Positions 31,106 to 42,164 of a stretch of DNA of 64,000 nt are shown in pieces. Under the pieces are notes generated by a model. It had not been told where the DNA came from and ran no database searches. It worked only from the letters and a program-made list of their open reading frames with translations. The stretch comes from Spirochaetia bacterium. GTDB taxonomy: Bacteria > Spirochaetota > Spirochaetia > SZUA-6 > Bin103. The stretch covers positions 2,272,001 through 2,336,000 of the forward strand of contig CBDAOI010000004.1 in NCBI GenBank assembly GCA_965198005.1, in the 5' to 3' direction. A program made the translations under genes and the position numbers. Numbering within the stretch: the stretch's first letter is position 1; each line of letters begins with the position of its first letter.

Positions 31106-32628
31106 GTGATGGGACATTCAACGGCGTTCGACGTGCTGATCGTTGGCGCCGGGGCGTCGGGTCTGTACATGCTGCACCGGATCCGGCTGCTGGGGTTGAC
31201 CGTGCGCGTGCTGGAGGCGGGCGCCGGCGTGGGCGGCACCTGGTACTGGAACCGCTATCCCGGCGCCCGCTGCGACACCGACACCATGGAGTACTCCTAC
31301 AGTTTCTGCGAGCAACTCCAGCAGGAGTGGGAGTGGCCCGAGCGCTACCCTACCCAGCCCGAAATCCTGCGCTACCTGGAGCACGTCGCCGACCGGTTCC
31401 GGCTGCGCTCCGACGTCTCGTTCGACACGCGGGTGGCGGCCGCGACCTTCGACGAAACCGCGCGCCGCTGGCGGCTGCGCACCGACCGCGGCGACCAGCT
31501 TTCGGCGCAGTTTCTGATCTTGGCGACCGGCTGCCTGTCGGTCCCGATCACGCCCAGGATGGACGGCGTCGACTCGTTCACCGGCCCGATCCATCACACC
31601 GGCCGCTGGCCGCACGCCGGCGTGGACTTCAGCGGGCAACGGGTCGGAATCATCGGCACCGGCTCGTCGGCGGTGCAGTCGATCCCGGTGGACGCCGAGC
31701 TGGTGGCCCGCATCAAGGCCGACTACGCCGGATTCCGAGCGCGCAACCGGCTGCAACAGAGCGCGCAGCTATCCCACCGCCCGGCCAACGACGTCTCGGC
31801 CCTCGCGGTGGATGCCGCCGCGCGCGAACGCATCTACGAAGAACGCTGGCAAGAAGGAGGATTCCCGTTCTTCGGCAGCTTCAACGACCTCATGCTGGAC
31901 CAAGCAGCGAACGCGACCGCGGCGGAGTTCGTGCGCGGCAAGATTCGGACGACCGTGCATGACCCGGGAGTGGCCGAGTTGCTGTGCCCGTCGCACACTA
32001 TCGCCTGCAAGCGGCCGGTGCTGGACAGCGGCTACTTCGAGACCTTCAACCGCCCCAACGTGCTGCTGGTCGACATTCGCTCGGCGCCGATTCGGGAGAT
32101 CACGCCGACCGGGGTGCGCACGGTGAGCGCGCACTATGAACTGGACTGCCTGATCTTCGCTACCGGGTTCGACGGCATGACCGGGGCGCTGCTGGGGATC
32201 GACCTGCGCGGCCGCGGCGGCCTGACGCTGCGCGCCAAGTGGTCGGCCGGGCCGCGCAACTACCTCGGCCTGTCGGTGGCGGGGTTTCCCAACCTGTTCA
32301 CCATCACCGGCCCCGGCAGCCCGTCGGTGCTGACCAACATGATGGTGGCGATCGAGCAGCACGTGGAGTGGGTGGCCGACTGCATCGGCTACCTGCGGCA
32401 GCAGGAGCACGCCTGCATCGAAGCCACGGTGGCGGCGGAAGATGCGTGGGTGGAGCACGTCAACCAGGTCGCCGGGCGTACCCTCTACCCTACCTGCAGC
32501 TCGTGGTACCTGGGCGCCAACGTGCCGGGCAAGCCACGGGTCTTCATGCCGCTGCCCGGCTTCCCCCGGTACGTCGAAAGTGCGAGGAGGTGGTTGCCAA
32601 CGGCTACGAGGGGTTCGTGCTGACCTGA
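31106..32628 (+). pseudogene. Second, near-identical BVMO copy with a 78-bp in-frame deletion and a terminal frameshift
   Basis: 31124-32665 duplicates 24722-26342. The FQRT segment is deleted at CCGGTG (31685-31690). 1-bp loss at ~32577. Confidence 0.9.
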
Positions 32629-32665
32629 GCGAGGCGCTCCAGGGCGGCGCCGGCTTCGGCCACCA

Positions 32666-32882
32666 GTCGACCAAAAGGGCGCCGGTGGATCTGATTGCCA
32701 TCGACCTGGACAGGCTGCCGGACGAAGACGCCGAGATCATGGTCGACCACTTCCACGACCAGGTGCTGGCGCAGGGCAATGCTCGTACTTGGCGGGCTGA
32801 CCAATCGCTCCACACAGGTGCGCAAGACCCTGCACGTGGGCTACGCCCCGCACTTCATGATGTCGCACCCGCGCCCGCCTGA
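32666..32882 (+). pseudogene. Possible phytanoyl-CoA dioxygenase (PhyH)-family fragments
   Basis: NRSTQVRKTLHVGY resembles the C-terminal strand of PhyH. Fragmentary and lacks a start. Confidence 0.3.
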
Positions 32883-33181
32883 CGGCCGCGCAACTCGACC
32901 TGTTCCGCCCCTACCCCGCTTCGGGTTGAGCGCACCGACGGCGCAGCGGGGCGCCGTCAGCGCCAGCCAAGTGCCGACGCGCTCGTTCAACTCGTCGCCG
33001 TGGTCGCCCCCCCCCACCAGCGCCAGTCGTGGTGCAGCGCGCGGGGCCAGGTTGGCAGCTCCGATGGTGCCGGCGTGACCGCACAGCGTCCTGCGTCACC
33101 CGATCTTGCCACGCCCGAGGAATTGCAGGGCACCAAAGTCATCACCGAAGTCCTTGATGCTACCCCGGACAGTCGGAGGGG

Positions 33182-34317
<1,136 letters not shown>

Positions 34318-34339
34318 CCCGCCCCCTGACCCCCGGACC

Positions 34340-35221
34340 CTAGTGCCCTTTCACGCCGCCGACCGCCACCTGCATCAGCGACTTCTGCGTGAAGATGAAA
34401 AAGATGATCGGGGGAATCATGTAGAAACACGAGACCGCCGTGAGCATTCCGTAGTCGACGAACCGCCAGTCGCCGATGATCTTCTTGACCAGCAGCGACA
34501 GCGTGAAGTTCTGGCCGCTGAATATGTACGTGTAGAGATAGATGAACTCGCTCCACCCCGACAGGAACGCGAAGATCGAGATCGCGGCGATGCCCGGCTT
34601 GATCAACGGGAGTATGACCATCCGCCAAGCCTGCAGTTTGCTGCAGCCGTCGATGTAGGCGGACCACTCGACGTCCCAGTTCACTCCGTCGAAGAACCCC
34701 TTGAGGACCCACGTGGCGAACGGAATCTCGAGCGCGGCCTTGACCAGGATCACGCCCAGCAGCGTATCCAGCAGCTTCAGCGCGTACAGCACGTAGAAGA
34801 TCGCGATCAGCAGCGTCACGCCGGGGAAGGCATGCAGCACCATGGTCATCCGGATCAGACCGTCGCGCGCCCGGAACGAGAACCGGGACAGGGCGAATCC
34901 CGACAGCGTGCTGGTCACCACGATCAGCACCGTAATGCCCAGGGCGAACAGCAGCGTGTTGAGCGCTATCGGCCAGATGCTCGGATATACGATCAGGCCG
35001 AAGGATACCTCGCTCCAGAGAAAGCGCCAGTGATCCAGGGTAAAGTTCTTCGGTATCAGCCCCAGCACCATCTCGCGGCTGAACGAGTTCGCGAACAGCC
35101 AGAAGTACATGATGATGATCGGCAGAGACATCACCAGCAGGATCAGGAAAATGCCGGTCTGGCCCGCCGCCTTCCTGGCGTTGGCGCCGGTCAGCGTGCG
35201 TGCGCGGTGCTCGACGCTCAT
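34340..35221 (-). CDS. Carbohydrate ABC transporter permease (MalG-like)
   Basis: EWSAYIDGCS EAA loop, LPLIKPGI, C-terminal GGVKG. ATGA overlap with the upstream permease. Confidence 0.92.
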   Translation of the reverse strand: MSVEHRARTLTGANARKAAGQTGIFLILLVMSLPIIIMYFWLFANSFSREMVLGLIPKNFTLDHWRFLWSEVSFGLIVYPSIWPIALNTLLFALGITVLIVVTSTLSGFALSRFSFRARDGLIRMTMVLHAFPGVTLLIAIFYVLYALKLLDTLLGVILVKAALEIPFATWVLKGFFDGVNWDVEWSAYIDGCSKLQAWRMVILPLIKPGIAAISIFAFLSGWSEFIYLYTYIFSGQNFTLSLLVKKIIGDWRFVDYGMLTAVSCFYMIPPIIFFIFTQKSLMQVAVGGVKGH

Positions 35222-36156
35222 CCCTTGGTCGGCTCCATCATCTGCTTGAATCCGAACACCTTCAGCAGCAGGAACGAAATGCCGATTCCCACGATCACCA
35301 GCCCCATGCCGATGGCCGCGCCGTAGCCGAACTCGAAGTACCGGAACGCCCGGTGATAGGCGTACAGCGACCAGGTCTCGCTCTTGAAGAACGGCCCGCC
35401 GTCGGTAACCAGGAAGATCATCTCGTAGACCGCGATCAACGACAGCGCCTGCCAGGTGGTGACGAACATGATCGGCCACTTGAGCGCCGGAATCAGCACG
35501 TGATAGGTGATCCGGAAATGATTGGCCCCGTTCACGGTGGCCGCCCAGATGTAGTCCTGGGGAACGGCTCTCAGCGCCGACGAGAAGATGATCACGCCGT
35601 TCGAGGCGCCGGTGAGCGTGGTCAGCCCGATGATGACCACCAGCGGATAATTCAACACCCAGTCCTGCGGCCGCGCATCGAACAACGCCGCGGTATAGGT
35701 GTTCAGCAGCCCCGACTCGGTGGGATCGAGCGTCCACAGCACCAGCAGCGCGAGCACCACCGGCGGCGTGATGCGGGGCAGCAGCCAGATCGCCCGGAAG
35801 AAGACGCCGATGCTGTCGCTGGCGATGAGATAGGTGGTGAGGAGCGCGATGACGAACCCGCCGGCGACGTTGGTGATGAGGGTGCAGGTGACGTAGATCG
35901 CCGTGTTCCCCAGCACCTGCAGCAGGATCTGGTCGCCGAACAGTTTCTCGAACTGGGCGAACCACACGAAGTTCCACTGGAGATCCGCGTCCATGCTGGT
36001 AAAGGAAATGACCGCGGTCAGGACCACCGGCGCAAAGAAGAACGCCGTGACCAGCAACAGAAACAGGCCCAGGAACAGTACGTAGACCCCGATCCGCCGG
36101 GCGCTGGTGCCCGGCTTCGGGCCGCCGTACAGCTCAACCTCCTGGATGGTCGCCAT
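35218..36156 (-). CDS. Carbohydrate ABC transporter permease (MalF-like)
   Basis: ALRAVPQDYIWAATVNGA, TDGGP, AFRYFEFGYGAA. Confidence 0.92.
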   Translation of the reverse strand: MATIQEVELYGGPKPGTSARRIGVYVLFLGLFLLLVTAFFFAPVVLTAVISFTSMDADLQWNFVWFAQFEKLFGDQILLQVLGNTAIYVTCTLITNVAGGFVIALLTTYLIASDSIGVFFRAIWLLPRITPPVVLALLVLWTLDPTESGLLNTYTAALFDARPQDWVLNYPLVVIIGLTTLTGASNGVIIFSSALRAVPQDYIWAATVNGANHFRITYHVLIPALKWPIMFVTTWQALSLIAVYEMIFLVTDGGPFFKSETWSLYAYHRAFRYFEFGYGAAIGMGLVIVGIGISFLLLKVFGFKQMMEPTKG

Positions 36157-36178
36157 ATACAGGAATCAGTCCGCACGC

Positions 36179-36207
36179 GTGGGGAGGACCGTGACGGCCC
36201 TCCCCAC
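36179..36207. promoter_or_regulatory. Intercistronic stem-loop between the SBP and the permease
   Basis: GTGGGGAGG/CCTCCCCAC stem enclosing CCGT/ACGG. Confidence 0.55.
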
Positions 36208-36233
36208 ACCGGTCGCAATCATGCTCGGCCGAT

Positions 36234-36510
36234 TCAGTCTATGACGGTGAGTTCATCCCCGAGGTTGGTCGTCATCTGGTCCAACAACCAGTCCAGGGCG
36301 GCGTCCGGGGTCATCCCTTCCACCTCGACTGCCTGGATCGATTGATACACGATGTCCCGATACTTTCCCCAGGAAGGATGATTCGGTAGTGTGTTGGTGT
36401 ACGCCAGCATCGCGGTCATCTCGGCGATGAACTTGTTGTCCCGGTACATGGGGACGTCGGCAACGCCTTTCCTGACTCCGAGATGGCCGGTCAGCACCGC
36501 GTGCTCGGCG
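36234..36510 (-). pseudogene. Sugar ABC substrate-binding protein, C-terminal ~90 aa only
   Basis: LPNHPSWGKYRDIVYQSIQAVEVEGMTPDAALDWL is a typical SBP_bac_1 end. Upstream sequence is low-complexity and unrelated. Confidence 0.75.
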
Positions 36511-36834
36511 ACCGGTTCCGGCGCCGGTTGTAGCAACCGGCGCCGGTCGCGCCGGTCGAGCGGTCGAGCGCGTCGAGCGCCGGTCGTGTCGGTCGTGTCG
36601 TCGGTCGTCCTCGTCGTCAGGTGGTCATCATGGGCGCACCCCCGGCCGGCATCCAGGAGCATCCGTGTCTTGGCCGTTGCGCCAAGCGAGCGTTCGCCGT
36701 ATGGTGGTGAGGCCATGCGCTTCGTCGACCGAAGAAACCATGGGCGCGCCTCACTGTCGCCTGCGTCACCGCGGGGCGGCCGCCGCCGTCCTCTCCATTC
36801 GGCGCTATCGGGTGCGCGACCGGGAACGAGTCAC

Positions 36835-37515
36835 GTGAACCGGCGACTGCTTGCCACTCTGATCGGGCTGGTTGCCCTGGCGACCGCGATCGCGGCGCAG
36901 TCGCCGGTGGTCGAGCCGCGCACCGGCGCCGCGTTCCCGGCGTCGCTCACCCCGCCCGGAGGCGAAACCCCGCACTGGCTTACCGGCGTGGGAGTTCGCG
37001 ACAAGACGTTTCTGCGGATCAGGGTGTACGCGTTCGGGTTGTACGTCGACCGAGCGGGCGCGCGGGCGGCATTGCAGAGGTTCGCGGGGGTGGCGGCGGC
37101 GCAATTGGCGGAGGATGAGGGATTCTACCGCCAGCTTCTCACGATGCCGTTCGGCATGACGCTACGGCTGGTAATGACGCTCAACGTCGCCGGCGACGAT
37201 GCGGCGGACGCGTTCGATGCCTCGTTGCGGCCGCGCATGGCGCGCGCCGGCGGCGATTCGGGCGACCCGGACGCCCTGGAACGGTTCCGTGGTTATATCG
37301 CGCAGCAACCACTCGACACCGGCACCGAGCTGGTGTTCTCGTGCAGCCCGGACGGACGCATGACCAGCTCGATCGCGGGAACGGAACGCGCGCCGATCCA
37401 ATCGCCGGCCCTGTGCCGCTCGTTGTTCGACGTCTACCTGGGGCGCGACCCGATCTCTCCGGCGGGCAGGAAAACGGTGATTGAGCGATTCGGGGAGTTG
37501 CTCGCGGACGGGTAA
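36835..37515 (+). CDS. Secreted chalcone-isomerase-fold (fatty-acid-binding FAP-like) protein
   Basis: Signal peptide. VEPRTG..FP, LTGVGVRDK, VYAFGLY, LRLV, SPALCRSLFDVYLGRDP. Confidence 0.85.
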   Translation: MNRRLLATLIGLVALATAIAAQSPVVEPRTGAAFPASLTPPGGETPHWLTGVGVRDKTFLRIRVYAFGLYVDRAGARAALQRFAGVAAAQLAEDEGFYRQLLTMPFGMTLRLVMTLNVAGDDAADAFDASLRPRMARAGGDSGDPDALERFRGYIAQQPLDTGTELVFSCSPDGRMTSSIAGTERAPIQSPALCRSLFDVYLGRDPISPAGRKTVIERFGELLADG

Positions 37516-37541
37516 CGCAACCCGCGGCGGACGCCGCTCCC

Positions 37542-39182
37542 TCACATGCCCCAAATGGTGATCGACGCGTCCGTTGCGGGCGGTGCCGTTCGCGGCGGGG
37601 CAGCGCGGCGGAAAATCTTCTCGTCCCAGGTCCGCTCCGGCGCGCGGTCGAACACGATCAGGTGGCCGGCCTCCGCGCCGCAACGATCCGCGTAGCCGCG
37701 GGTCTGTGCCACCCCCTCGGCGATAGTGCGCTCCAGTTCCCCGCGCCGTATCTTGCACTCCACCACGAAGCGGCGCTCGCGCCCACGCTGCGGCCACACG
37801 ATCAGCAGGTCCACCCGCCCGCGTCCGAGCGCGTACTCGCGCTCGATCCGCCCGCCGCCGTTGACGATGCGCTGCAGGTGCGCCTGCAGCAGCAACTGTG
37901 GGCCGGCCTCGTGGTACTGCTCGAAGCGCTGCACCCAGTGCTCCGAATGCTCGCGGAAGAACTCCTGGAACGCCGCGATCAACCCCTCCACGTCCAGCCC
38001 GCCGCCGGCGTCCACGTACCACGCCACTTGCTGCGGCAGTCCCGCCTGAACCGCGTAGTTCAGATGCCGCGGCACCACCTCGGCGTAGATCGGGTTGGCG
38101 ATGCGCGGCGTGCCGTCTGCCTCCTGCCCCACCAGCCCCAGGTCGCAGACGTAGGCGACGTCCTCGGCCGTCCACGCCTGCTCGTCGGCACCGGTCAGAA
38201 TCGGCTCCACTACGCGCCGCACACGCTCTTCGCGCAGCTTGTCGGCCAGGTTGTCGAGGTGAGTCACCCGGTCCAGGATCAGCCGCTCCTGCGCCTCCCG
38301 GATGGCGTCCGCCGTGATCGGGCGGGAGCGGTCGCGGCCCGCCTGGTCGTCGAAGCACGCCTCCCGGCACAACGCGTTCACCAGCCACGGCTGGCCGGCG
38401 GTGCGGGTGCGGATCAGCGCCAGCGCATCTTCCGTGAACGCCTGACCGGTCGCCGCCGTGTGCTGCGCCAGCAGCGCGCCTATCTCGTGCTCCGAGAAGT
38501 CGCCCAGCCGCAACGACTTGGCCTTGATATTGACGGCGCTGCCGCCGAGCACCATGCGGTTCTCGGCGGTCGAGTGGATGCGGTAGTCGCGCACGTCGCG
38601 CACACCGCACAGGATGACGCTTTGCGGAAAGCGTGCCGGCCGGTCGACGTAGCCGGTGCGCAACTGCCGCAGCACCGCCAGCAGGGTGTCGCCCACCAGC
38701 GCGTCGATCTCATCGATCAGCAGCACCAGCGGGCGCGGGTCGGCCATGCTCCATTGCGCCAGTGCCTGGCGCAATGCCTTGCCCGGCCCTACGCGCTCCA
38801 GCAGGCCGGGCCAGAGGTCCTCCAGGGTGTCATCGCCCAGCGTCAGGCTCGCCTGGAACGCCAGTTCGGCAAGCACGGTGCGCATGCCCTCGGCCACGTT
38901 CTCACGCATCGCCTGGCCATCCTCGACGTTGGCGTACACGCAGCGAAAGCCGCCCGTCGTGCCGCCGTTGAGCAGGTCGCGCAAGGCCAGCAGCGCCGAC
39001 GTCTTGCCGGTCTGCCGCGGCGCGTGCAGCACGAAGTACTTCTTGTCCCGGACCAGGCCGAGCACCGCGTCGAGGTCGATCCGCTCCAGCGGCGAAACGT
39101 GGTAATGGTCCGCCGCCACGACCGGCCCCTCGGTGTTGAACTTGCGCACGGCGGCCTTCGTCCTCGGAGCGTATTGTCGCAT
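37542..39182 (-). CDS. AAA-like (AAA_35-type) ATPase with C-terminal PD-(D/E)XK nuclease domain; start may be GTG 39149
   Basis: HAPRQTGKTS, LLIDEID, TAGQPWLVN. C-terminal EREYALGRGRVDLL...VVECK. Confidence 0.85.
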   Translation of the reverse strand: MRQYAPRTKAAVRKFNTEGPVVAADHYHVSPLERIDLDAVLGLVRDKKYFVLHAPRQTGKTSALLALRDLLNGGTTGGFRCVYANVEDGQAMRENVAEGMRTVLAELAFQASLTLGDDTLEDLWPGLLERVGPGKALRQALAQWSMADPRPLVLLIDEIDALVGDTLLAVLRQLRTGYVDRPARFPQSVILCGVRDVRDYRIHSTAENRMVLGGSAVNIKAKSLRLGDFSEHEIGALLAQHTAATGQAFTEDALALIRTRTAGQPWLVNALCREACFDDQAGRDRSRPITADAIREAQERLILDRVTHLDNLADKLREERVRRVVEPILTGADEQAWTAEDVAYVCDLGLVGQEADGTPRIANPIYAEVVPRHLNYAVQAGLPQQVAWYVDAGGGLDVEGLIAAFQEFFREHSEHWVQRFEQYHEAGPQLLLQAHLQRIVNGGGRIEREYALGRGRVDLLIVWPQRGRERRFVVECKIRRGELERTIAEGVAQTRGYADRCGAEAGHLIVFDRAPERTWDEKIFRRAAPPRTAPPATDASITIWGM

Positions 39183-39198
39183 GCGCGCGGCGCGCCTG

Positions 39199-40230
39199 TC
39201 AGCCGCCGGTTCCGCCGGTTCCGCCGGTTCTCGAGATTGATACGCCGTCGTTGCTGCTCACCGGGGCGGCGCCGATGACGGCGACGGCGTGGATGGGGAG
39301 CCAGGCGCGGCGGCCGTCGGCCAGGGCGGCGTGGTGCCAGCCGTTGCGTTGCTGCAGCAGGCGCAGCTCGGTGCCGGCGTGCAGGGGGGCGGCGAAGCTG
39401 GGGTCGTAGGCGTCGCTGTCGCCGCGGCGTGCGACTACCTGGTCGGCGACGATGACGGCCGCGGTGGGGTGCGCGACTGCGGATTCGACCGCGACCGAGG
39501 CGCCGGCAGCAAGCGCGATCAGGGCTGCCACGGCCACTGCGGTGGTGACGACGGCGCGGGCCGGCAGCGGGCGGCGGCGCAGGGTGCGGATCAGGCCGGC
39601 CAGCCAGAGCAGGTTAAGGGCGATCAGGAACAGCGGCAGGCGAATGCGCAGCGGCACGGTGAAGTGCCAGAACAGGAGTAGCCGGACCACGGTCTGGCCG
39701 GCGGTGGCCTCGATGCGGTCGGCGCGCAGCGAGCGGGCGTAGCGCAGGCTCTGCGCGAGGTTGGGGTCGCCGGGGATGAGCTGCTGCGCCGTGCGGTAGT
39801 GCAGGATGGCGCGCCCGAGGTCGCCGAGGCGCAGGTAGGTGTTGCCGATGTTGTACAGCAGGTAGCCGTTGTCGTGTCCCAGCGCCTGCGCCGCGCGCCG
39901 GTAGCGCAGCAGGGCGGCGCGGAACTGCTCGGCGGCGGCCGCGGAGGCCTCCGTCCGGACGCTGCCGGCCGTGCCCCCGGCGCCGTTCGTCTGGCCCGCC
40001 AGCCGGTTGCCGGCGGCGAAGTGGGCGGCCGCTGCTTCGAGCAGGGTGGCGGGATCGGCGGCCTGCGCCGGGAGCACGCCGGCCTGCCCGAGGGCGAGCA
40101 GGAGCAGCGCCGGGCCGCGCAGCAGCGCCCTGAAGCGCGCCGTGGGCCGGCGCATCGCGACGCGGCACGGGGCGACTGCTCCACGGCGCTCGCCCGGGGT
40201 CGCCATGGCGCGCGCGGCCGGACGGGTCAC
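39199..40230 (-). CDS. batE: BatE-like TPR + SH3 protein
   Basis: LLYNIGNTYLRLGDLGRAILHYRTA TPR, TM helices, LHAGTEL...GW SH3-like end. GTGA coupling to batD. Confidence 0.75.
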   Translation of the reverse strand: MTRPAARAMATPGERRGAVAPCRVAMRRPTARFRALLRGPALLLLALGQAGVLPAQAADPATLLEAAAAHFAAGNRLAGQTNGAGGTAGSVRTEASAAAAEQFRAALLRYRRAAQALGHDNGYLLYNIGNTYLRLGDLGRAILHYRTAQQLIPGDPNLAQSLRYARSLRADRIEATAGQTVVRLLLFWHFTVPLRIRLPLFLIALNLLWLAGLIRTLRRRPLPARAVVTTAVAVAALIALAAGASVAVESAVAHPTAAVIVADQVVARRGDSDAYDPSFAAPLHAGTELRLLQQRNGWHHAALADGRRAWLPIHAVAVIGAAPVSSNDGVSISRTGGTGGTGG

Positions 40231-42164
40231 CGCAACCCCTCCTCGATGCGCGCCGCCCATGCGGTGAGGCGGTGCGCGAGGTCGGTGGCGGCGGCCGCCC
40301 GGCCGCCGTAGCGGGTCGCCTCCAGCTCGCCGAACAGGGCGGCGAGCGCCTCCAGGTCGGGCTCGCCCACCCCTGCGGCCTGCAACGGCCCGCGCACGTC
40401 GCCGTACCCGTGCGGCGGCGCCGGGAGCTGGAAGCGGTCCTGCAGGTAGATGCGCAGTGCAGCCAGCAGCGCCGGCGAGTCGGCCGCCGCCCCGTCCGCG
40501 CTGCCGGCGACCCGCCGCAGGCTGGCCAGGGCATACCGCCGCCGCCGCGACCCGCGCCGGCGGTATGCGTGCAGGCCGCGCGCCGCGTGCACGGCGCCGA
40601 TCAGGAGCGGACCGGCCAACAGCGCTGCCAGCCCGCGCGGCGACCGCCACCACGCCGGGTCGACCCGATGGTTGGCCAGCAGCATCGGCCCGTGGTAGTT
40701 GTGGGCGATGCCCGCGCGCGCGCCGACCACGGGCGCGCCGCCGCCGGCGCCGTCGGGATCGGCGCCCTCGACGTCCTGCAGGGTGACCTGCCGCGTCGCC
40801 TGCACGGCGAGCTGGATCGAGCCGCTGGCGACTTCCCGGTAGGCGCCGGCCGCGCTGTCGAACACGCTGATACGGACCGGCGGAACGGCGCTCACCTGGT
40901 CGTGCAGGGCGCGCAGCGTGTACCGGAACACCGCCCTGCCGAACACCGCGCGCGGCGCGACGTGGGCGCTCACCCGGAACGCCTCGAACCCCGGCATGGC
41001 CGCCAAGTCGGGTGCCGCCAGACGGCGCAGGTCGCCGGTACCGGTCACGGTCACCTCCAGCTCCAGCGGGTCGCCCACCTTGACCTCGGCGGGCGCGGCC
41101 GCAGCCCTGACCTGGAACCGCCCCACCAGGCCGCTGAACTGGTCCGGGCGGCCGGCAGCCGGCAGCGGCTTGACCTCCAGGGTCAACTCGTTCGAGGGAA
41201 TCACCAACTGGCGGAGCACGGCGCGCCCGCGACGGTAGCCCGCCACGCCCTCGAACGCAACCGTGGCGGCGGGAATGCGCAGGGCGCCGCCGCGGTCCGC
41301 GACCAGCACGCCCTGGAACGTGAGACCGACGAAAGGATGACCGTCCACCCGCGCCGCGTCCCGGCGCGCCACCACCTCCGCGCCCGCCACCTCCAGCGTA
41401 AGCAAGTCGTCGGCGGAGCCGCGCGGCCGCCGCAGCTCGTGCGTGACGCCGTCGCCGCCGGACGCGAATATCGGGTGGCTGAACCAGTTCAAACGCCGCG
41501 GACCCAGCTCCTCCGCCCACAGCCAACTGGTGGTGAGCAGCACCGGCTCACCCACCCAGACCGCGCTCCGCTCCAGCGCGAGCTGCAGGCGGTAGCCCGG
41601 CACCTCCTCCGGTTCGCGCACCTCCACGGTCACCGCCGGAGTGGTGCGCGCCGCGCCGTCCACCTGCAGGTTCAGCGGCGGAATCGTGAGCAGCCCGGAC
41701 GCGGTCGCGGTGAGGCGGTAGCGCAGCACGTAGCCGCGGCGCACCGTGCGCGTGGTCCGGTTGTTGACCGTCACGATCGATTCGCTGTTGTTGGGTCCGG
41801 CCGACACCAGCGCCGCCTCGAAGCTGCCCAGCGGCCCGCTCTCGGGAGCGGCGACCTGATCGGTCCCGCCCACGTCCACCCGGTAGATGAACGGCTGCCC
41901 CAGGTACACCTCGCGGCTGGTGCGCACGTTCACCGTCGGCTCCTGGGCGCCGGCGGTCGCCGCGCCGAGCATCACCAGCAGGTGCAGCGCGAGCAGCCGA
42001 CGACCCCGAGCGCGCCCGCGCGGGGTCGCCGCCGCCTGACCATCGACGGCGTGGAGCTGCCGCTGCTCGTGTGCCGCCTGCGCGCGCCCGCGTGGGGTCG
42101 CCGCAGCAGCACGCGACAACCTCTGCTGCCCAGGAGAGAGCGCGGGCCGGGCCGCCAGCCGCAT
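40227..42164 (-). CDS. batD: BatD family protein
   Basis: Signal peptide, Ig-like modules, VKPLP...FSGLVGRF, VKVGDPL...GTGDL. Confidence 0.8.
   Translation of the reverse strand: MRLAARPALSPGQQRLSRAAAATPRGRAQAAHEQRQLHAVDGQAAATPRGRARGRRLLALHLLVMLGAATAGAQEPTVNVRTSREVYLGQPFIYRVDVGGTDQVAAPESGPLGSFEAALVSAGPNNSESIVTVNNRTTRTVRRGYVLRYRLTATASGLLTIPPLNLQVDGAARTTPAVTVEVREPEEVPGYRLQLALERSAVWVGEPVLLTTSWLWAEELGPRRLNWFSHPIFASGGDGVTHELRRPRGSADDLLTLEVAGAEVVARRDAARVDGHPFVGLTFQGVLVADRGGALRIPAATVAFEGVAGYRRGRAVLRQLVIPSNELTLEVKPLPAAGRPDQFSGLVGRFQVRAAAAPAEVKVGDPLELEVTVTGTGDLRRLAAPDLAAMPGFEAFRVSAHVAPRAVFGRAVFRYTLRALHDQVSAVPPVRISVFDSAAGAYREVASGSIQLAVQATRQVTLQDVEGADPDGAGGGAPVVGARAGIAHNYHGPMLLANHRVDPAWWRSPRGLAALLAGPLLIGAVHAARGLHAYRRRGSRRRRYALASLRRVAGSADGAAADSPALLAALRIYLQDRFQLPAPPHGYGDVRGPLQAAGVGEPDLEALAALFGELEATRYGGRAAAATDLAHRLTAWAARIEEGLR

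Noticed and set aside
39203..39230. CCGCCGGTT x3 tandem repeat
   Set aside because: It only encodes the low-complexity TGG tail of BatE, with no evidence of a separate role.
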